A DNA stretch of 64,000 bases, taken from contig JBMORA010000035.1 in the NCBI GenBank assembly GCA_049320885.1, positions 1 through 64,000 on the forward strand, written 5' to 3'. Positions 60,235 to 64,000 of this stretch are shown in pieces. Numbering within the stretch: the stretch's first letter is position 1; each line of letters begins with the position of its first letter. Source of the DNA: Thermodesulfobacteriota bacterium. GTDB lineage: Bacteria; Desulfobacterota; Desulfobacteria; Desulfobacterales; SURF-7. Position numbers and translations under genes: made by a program. Below the pieces are notes generated by a model. The model saw only the letters and a program-made list of their open reading frames with translations. It was not told where the DNA came from and did not search any database.

Positions 60235-61188
60235 ATGATCGAAGCCTATATTGAAAAATTCAAAAAGCTGCGGACTGACAGGAATCGAAAAATCTGGACG
60301 GAGCGCACTTCTTACCGCGCGCCCCACAAACCTTTCCTGCTGCTCTCGATCATGGATCTCATCAACCAGGGAGACATCACCGCCAATTTCATTGAACCGA
60401 CCTTCGACCTGGTGGAGATGTTCAATACCTACTGGTCGGCCGTCATGCCGCCCGCAGCCTCCACCAGTATGGCCTATCCGTTTTATCATATGCGCAGCGA
60501 AGGCTTCTGGAAGCTCGTACCGGACATCGACACCCCGGTTTATTCCGTCAGTAAATTGCGTGAGCACTACCAGGGTGCCATCATCGACGAGACCCTGTTC
60601 CTACTCTTACAGCAGTCCGCCAGCCAGCACCAGCTGCGCACAGCCCTGATCACCACCTATTTCGCCCCGGACCTGCAGCCATTAGTCTTCGAACAGGGCG
60701 TAGTAAGCTACCAGGCCCATGCCTATGGCCAGGAACTGCTGCGGATTGCCGAGTCGGCAGCCGGTTTTGAAAAGACTGTGCCGCCGGCCCTCCAGGAACC
60801 GAAAGTCCGCGACCAGGCCTTCCGCAAGGTGATCGTATCCCTGTACAACCACCGCTGTGCCCTCTGCGGCATCCGCATGCTCACCCCCGAAGGCCATACC
60901 GTGGTGGAAGCCGCCCACATCGTCCCTTGGCATAAAAGCCAGGATGATCGGCCCAGCAATGGGCTTTCTCTCTGCCGCCTCTGCCACTGGTCTTTTGACG
61001 AGGGCCTCATGAGCGTTGGTAAAGAGTACGAAGTCCTGGTTTCCAAACGCGTCACTCTGGAAAACAATTTTCCAGGGCATATGTTGACTCTTTCGGACCG
61101 ACGGATCTTCCGTCCCGATGATCAAAAATATTGGCCGGATCAGGAGAATTTAAATTGGCATCGTCAGAAATTTTATGAAAGGTTGTAA
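60235..61188 (+). CDS. HNH endonuclease with SBD-like N-terminus (modification-dependent restriction type)
   Basis: [10 protein letters not shown]...[39 protein letters not shown]. Confidence 0.85.
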   Translation: MIEAYIEKFKKLRTDRNRKIWTERTSYRAPHKPFLLLSIMDLINQGDITANFIEPTFDLVEMFNTYWSAVMPPAASTSMAYPFYHMRSEGFWKLVPDIDTPVYSVSKLREHYQGAIIDETLFLLLQQSASQHQLRTALITTYFAPDLQPLVFEQGVVSYQAHAYGQELLRIAESAAGFEKTVPPALQEPKVRDQAFRKVIVSLYNHRCALCGIRMLTPEGHTVVEAAHIVPWHKSQDDRPSNGLSLCRLCHWSFDEGLMSVGKEYEVLVSKRVTLENNFPGHMLTLSDRRIFRPDDQKYWPDQENLNWHRQKFYERL

Positions 61189-61243
61189 AAATCCGGATCA
61201 GACGCTATCAATTCACGAGTGTCCAAGAGGGTTTGTGGCCCAT

Positions 61244-63628
61244 ATGGATAAAAAAAAGCTGAGTGAACGCGACATCTGCACCAAATTCATCACCCCGGCT
61301 CTGGAACGCGCGGGTTGGGATATCAGCACCCAGGTTCGGGAAGAATTTCCCCTTACCAACGGGCGTATCATCGTGCGTGGCAAGCTGTATACCCGCGCCA
61401 AGCACAAGCGCGCCGATTATGTCCTGTTTTACAAGCCGAATATTCCCATTGCCATTATCGAAGCCAAGGACAACAACCACACGGTTGGCGATGGCATGCA
61501 ACAGGCCCTGGGCTATGCTGACATGCTGCAAGTGCCGTTTGTATTCAGCTCCAACGGCGATGGCTTTTTGTTTCACAACAGAATTGCCGCAGATGGCGTT
61601 ATCGAGCGTGAGCTCTCACTTAACGAATTTCCCTCTGTGGAAACATTATGGCAACTATGGGGGCAACATCGCGGGCTGAACGACCAGCAGAATGCGTTGG
61701 TCACGCAGGATTATTATAGCGACGTAAGCGGCAAGAACCCGCGCTATTACCAGTTATTGGCCATTAACAAAACCATTGAGGCAATCGCTCAGGGGAAAAA
61801 TCGTATTCTTCTGGTGATGGCAACCGGCACCGGCAAAACCTTCACCGCCTTTCAAATCATCTGGCGTTTATGGAAGTCCAGGGCAAAAAAACGAATCCTG
61901 TTTCTTGCCGACCGCAACATTTTGATCGACCAGACCATGACCAATGATTTCAAACCATTCGGTTCGGCCATGACCAAGATCCAGAAGCGGCAGACCAATA
62001 AGTCCTACGAGATTTACCTTTCCCTCTATCAGGCTGTTACCGGAAATGAGGAAGAGAAAAACATTTATAAGCAGTTCAGCCCCGATTTTTTCGATCTGAT
62101 CATTATTGATGAATGCCATCGGGGCAGTGCGGCCGCCGATTCGGCCTGGCGTGAAATCCTCGAATATTTCACCTCCGCCACCCAGATCGGTCTTACCGCC
62201 ACCCCCAAGGAGACCAAAGAAGTTTCCAATATCGATTACTTTGGCGACCCCATCTATACTTACAGTCTTCGGCAGGGAATCGACGACGGTTTCCTTGCCC
62301 CTTATAAGGTCGTGCGCATCGATTTCGACCGGGATTTGACCGGCTGGCGACCCGACAAGGGCATGATCGACAAGTACGGCAACGAAATCGAGGACCGCAT
62401 TTACAACCAAAAGGATTTCGACAAGACCCTGGTCCTTGAACAGCGCACCCAGTTGGTGGCCAAAAAGATCACCGAATTCCTCAGGCAGACCAACCGCTTC
62501 GACAAAGCCATCGTCTTTTGCGAAAACATCGACCATGCCGAGCGCATGCGCCAGGCCCTGGTCAATGAAAACGCCGACCTGGTGGCGCAAAACAGCAAAT
62601 ACGTCATGCGCATCACCGGCGACAACGAGGAAGGCAAAGCCGAGCTCGATAACTTCATTTTTCCGGAGAGTAAATACCCGGTTATTGCCACCACTTCCAA
62701 GCTGATGACCACCGGCGTGGATGCTCAGACCTGCAAACTCATCGTGCTCGACCAGCGCATTCAGTCCATGACCGAATTCAAGCAGATCATCGGGCGCGGC
62801 ACCCGCATCAATGAAGACTACGGCAAGTACTATTTCACCATCATTGACTTTAAAAAGGCCACCGAGTTGTTTGCCGACCCTGATTTCGACGGTGATCCGG
62901 TCCAGATCTACGAACCCAAGGGGGATGAATCACCGGTGCCGCCGGATATTCCCGGCGAGGCCGAAAGTGGCAGCGGCGTCACCTACCCGGAACCAGGAGG
63001 CGAGCAGGATTGGACCGGCGTCGCCGAACCCGGCCCAGAAGAGGAGGGCGACGGAACTCGCCGTTACGTCGTGGCCAATGTCGAGGTCAAGGTTGCCGCC
63101 GAGCGCGTCCAGTATTTCGACGCCAACGGTAAACTGATCACCGAATCCCTCAAGGACTACACCCGCAAGGCCCTGGCTAGGGAATACGCCTCCCTCGACG
63201 ATTTCCTCCGCCGCTGGACCAGCACCGAAAAGAAGCAGGCCATCATCGACGAACTCTCCGAACAGGGGGTGTTCTTCGATGCCCTTGCCGATGAGATCGG
63301 GCGGCAATCCGGCAAAGCATTCGATCCGTTCGATCTGGTCTGCCATGTCGCTTGGGATATGCCGCCTCTTACCCGCAAGGAACGGGCGGAACAGGTGAAG
63401 AAACGTAACTACTTCACCCAATACGGCGAGCAGGCCCGTCGCGTGCTGGAAGCGCTGCTCGACAAGTACGCCGATGAAGGCGTGGCCCCCATCGAAGAGA
63501 CGCAGATTCTCACCATTGCCCCTTTTACCAAATTCGGCACCCCGCTGGAAATTATCCGCGCCTTTGGGGGGCTGGATCAGTATCAGCAGGCTGTGCATGA
63601 GCTGGAGGATGCGCTTTATGCCGGATAA
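61244..63628 (+). CDS. hsdR: Type I restriction enzyme R subunit (EcoAI/EcoEI-like)
   Basis: [56 protein letters not shown]. Confidence 0.95.
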   Translation: MDKKKLSERDICTKFITPALERAGWDISTQVREEFPLTNGRIIVRGKLYTRAKHKRADYVLFYKPNIPIAIIEAKDNNHTVGDGMQQALGYADMLQVPFVFSSNGDGFLFHNRIAADGVIERELSLNEFPSVETLWQLWGQHRGLNDQQNALVTQDYYSDVSGKNPRYYQLLAINKTIEAIAQGKNRILLVMATGTGKTFTAFQIIWRLWKSRAKKRILFLADRNILIDQTMTNDFKPFGSAMTKIQKRQTNKSYEIYLSLYQAVTGNEEEKNIYKQFSPDFFDLIIIDECHRGSAAADSAWREILEYFTSATQIGLTATPKETKEVSNIDYFGDPIYTYSLRQGIDDGFLAPYKVVRIDFDRDLTGWRPDKGMIDKYGNEIEDRIYNQKDFDKTLVLEQRTQLVAKKITEFLRQTNRFDKAIVFCENIDHAERMRQALVNENADLVAQNSKYVMRITGDNEEGKAELDNFIFPESKYPVIATTSKLMTTGVDAQTCKLIVLDQRIQSMTEFKQIIGRGTRINEDYGKYYFTIIDFKKATELFADPDFDGDPVQIYEPKGDESPVPPDIPGEAESGSGVTYPEPGGEQDWTGVAEPGPEEEGDGTRRYVVANVEVKVAAERVQYFDANGKLITESLKDYTRKALAREYASLDDFLRRWTSTEKKQAIIDELSEQGVFFDALADEIGRQSGKAFDPFDLVCHVAWDMPPLTRKERAEQVKKRNYFTQYGEQARRVLEALLDKYADEGVAPIEETQILTIAPFTKFGTPLEIIRAFGGLDQYQQAVHELEDALYAG

Positions 63629-64000
63629 ACAAACCTCACACGAAGGCACGAAAACACGAAGGGATAAAGAAGGGTTATCCAAGATCGTTGTGGATTGTGC
63701 ATACCGGATGCATGTTGAGATCGGGCCGGGGTTGCTCGAGTCTGTTTATGAGGCGGTACTGGAGAAACTGCTATTGGAGAAAGGTCTCAGGGTAAATCGA
63801 CAAAAGTCCATACCGATTGAGGTGATGGGTCTTTCCATCCATGAAGGATTCAGGGCTGATCTGATCGTGGAGGATCTTCTGCTGATTGAGCTTAAATCAG
63901 TAGAAAAACTCGCCCCGGTTCATTCCAAACAAGTCCTGACCTACCTTCGGCTTCTCAATCTGCCTCTCGGACTCCTCCTCAACTTCGGCGCAGCCACGTT
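63618..64000 (+). CDS. GxxExxY protein (partial, runs off the window end)
   Basis: [23 protein letters not shown]...[19 protein letters not shown]...[23 protein letters not shown] overlaps the hsdR end; absent from the ORF track. Confidence 0.92.
   Translation, partial: MPDKQTSHEGTKTRRDKEGLSKIVVDCAYRMHVEIGPGLLESVYEAVLEKLLLEKGLRVNRQKSIPIEVMGLSIHEGFRADLIVEDLLLIELKSVEKLAPVHSKQVLTYLRLLNLPLGLLLNFGAAT

Overview
GC-rich bacterial chromosome segment. Gene content and many sigma54 activators suggest a sulfate-reducing deltaproteobacterium (Desulfobacterales-like; inference). No rRNA, tRNA or CRISPR array was seen. Left end: IS5-family transposase tail, a PIN-toxin remnant, and a four-helix-bundle gene bracketed by heptamer-built inverted repeats ahead of a three-gene glycosyltransferase operon. 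Middle: mostly housekeeping and signalling genes (lepA, leuCD, thymidylate synthase, aroA'-type aldolase and pheA, oadGB, maeB, msrAB, acyl-CoA ligase, several sigma54 activators), plus an AmmeMemoRadiSam cluster whose proteins appear to carry export signals. Right end (about 50.6-64 kb): accessory region with a convergent sigma54 module (PAS activator, KH, ABM, REC, small basic protein, orphan groEL), then a defence island (YhcG nuclease, split ADP-ribosylglycohydrolase, AAA-DUF4143, SBD-HNH, type I HsdR, GxxExxY). Best hunts: (1) the self-contained sigma54 regulon with twin GGTCATATATGACC enhancers; (2) short-period repeat hairpins that bracket or replace small genes; (3) the apparently exported AmmeMemoRadiSam system; (4) an unannotated Phe/Tyr leader-peptide attenuator upstream of aroA'-pheA. 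All calls come from reading motifs by eye; no database searches were run.
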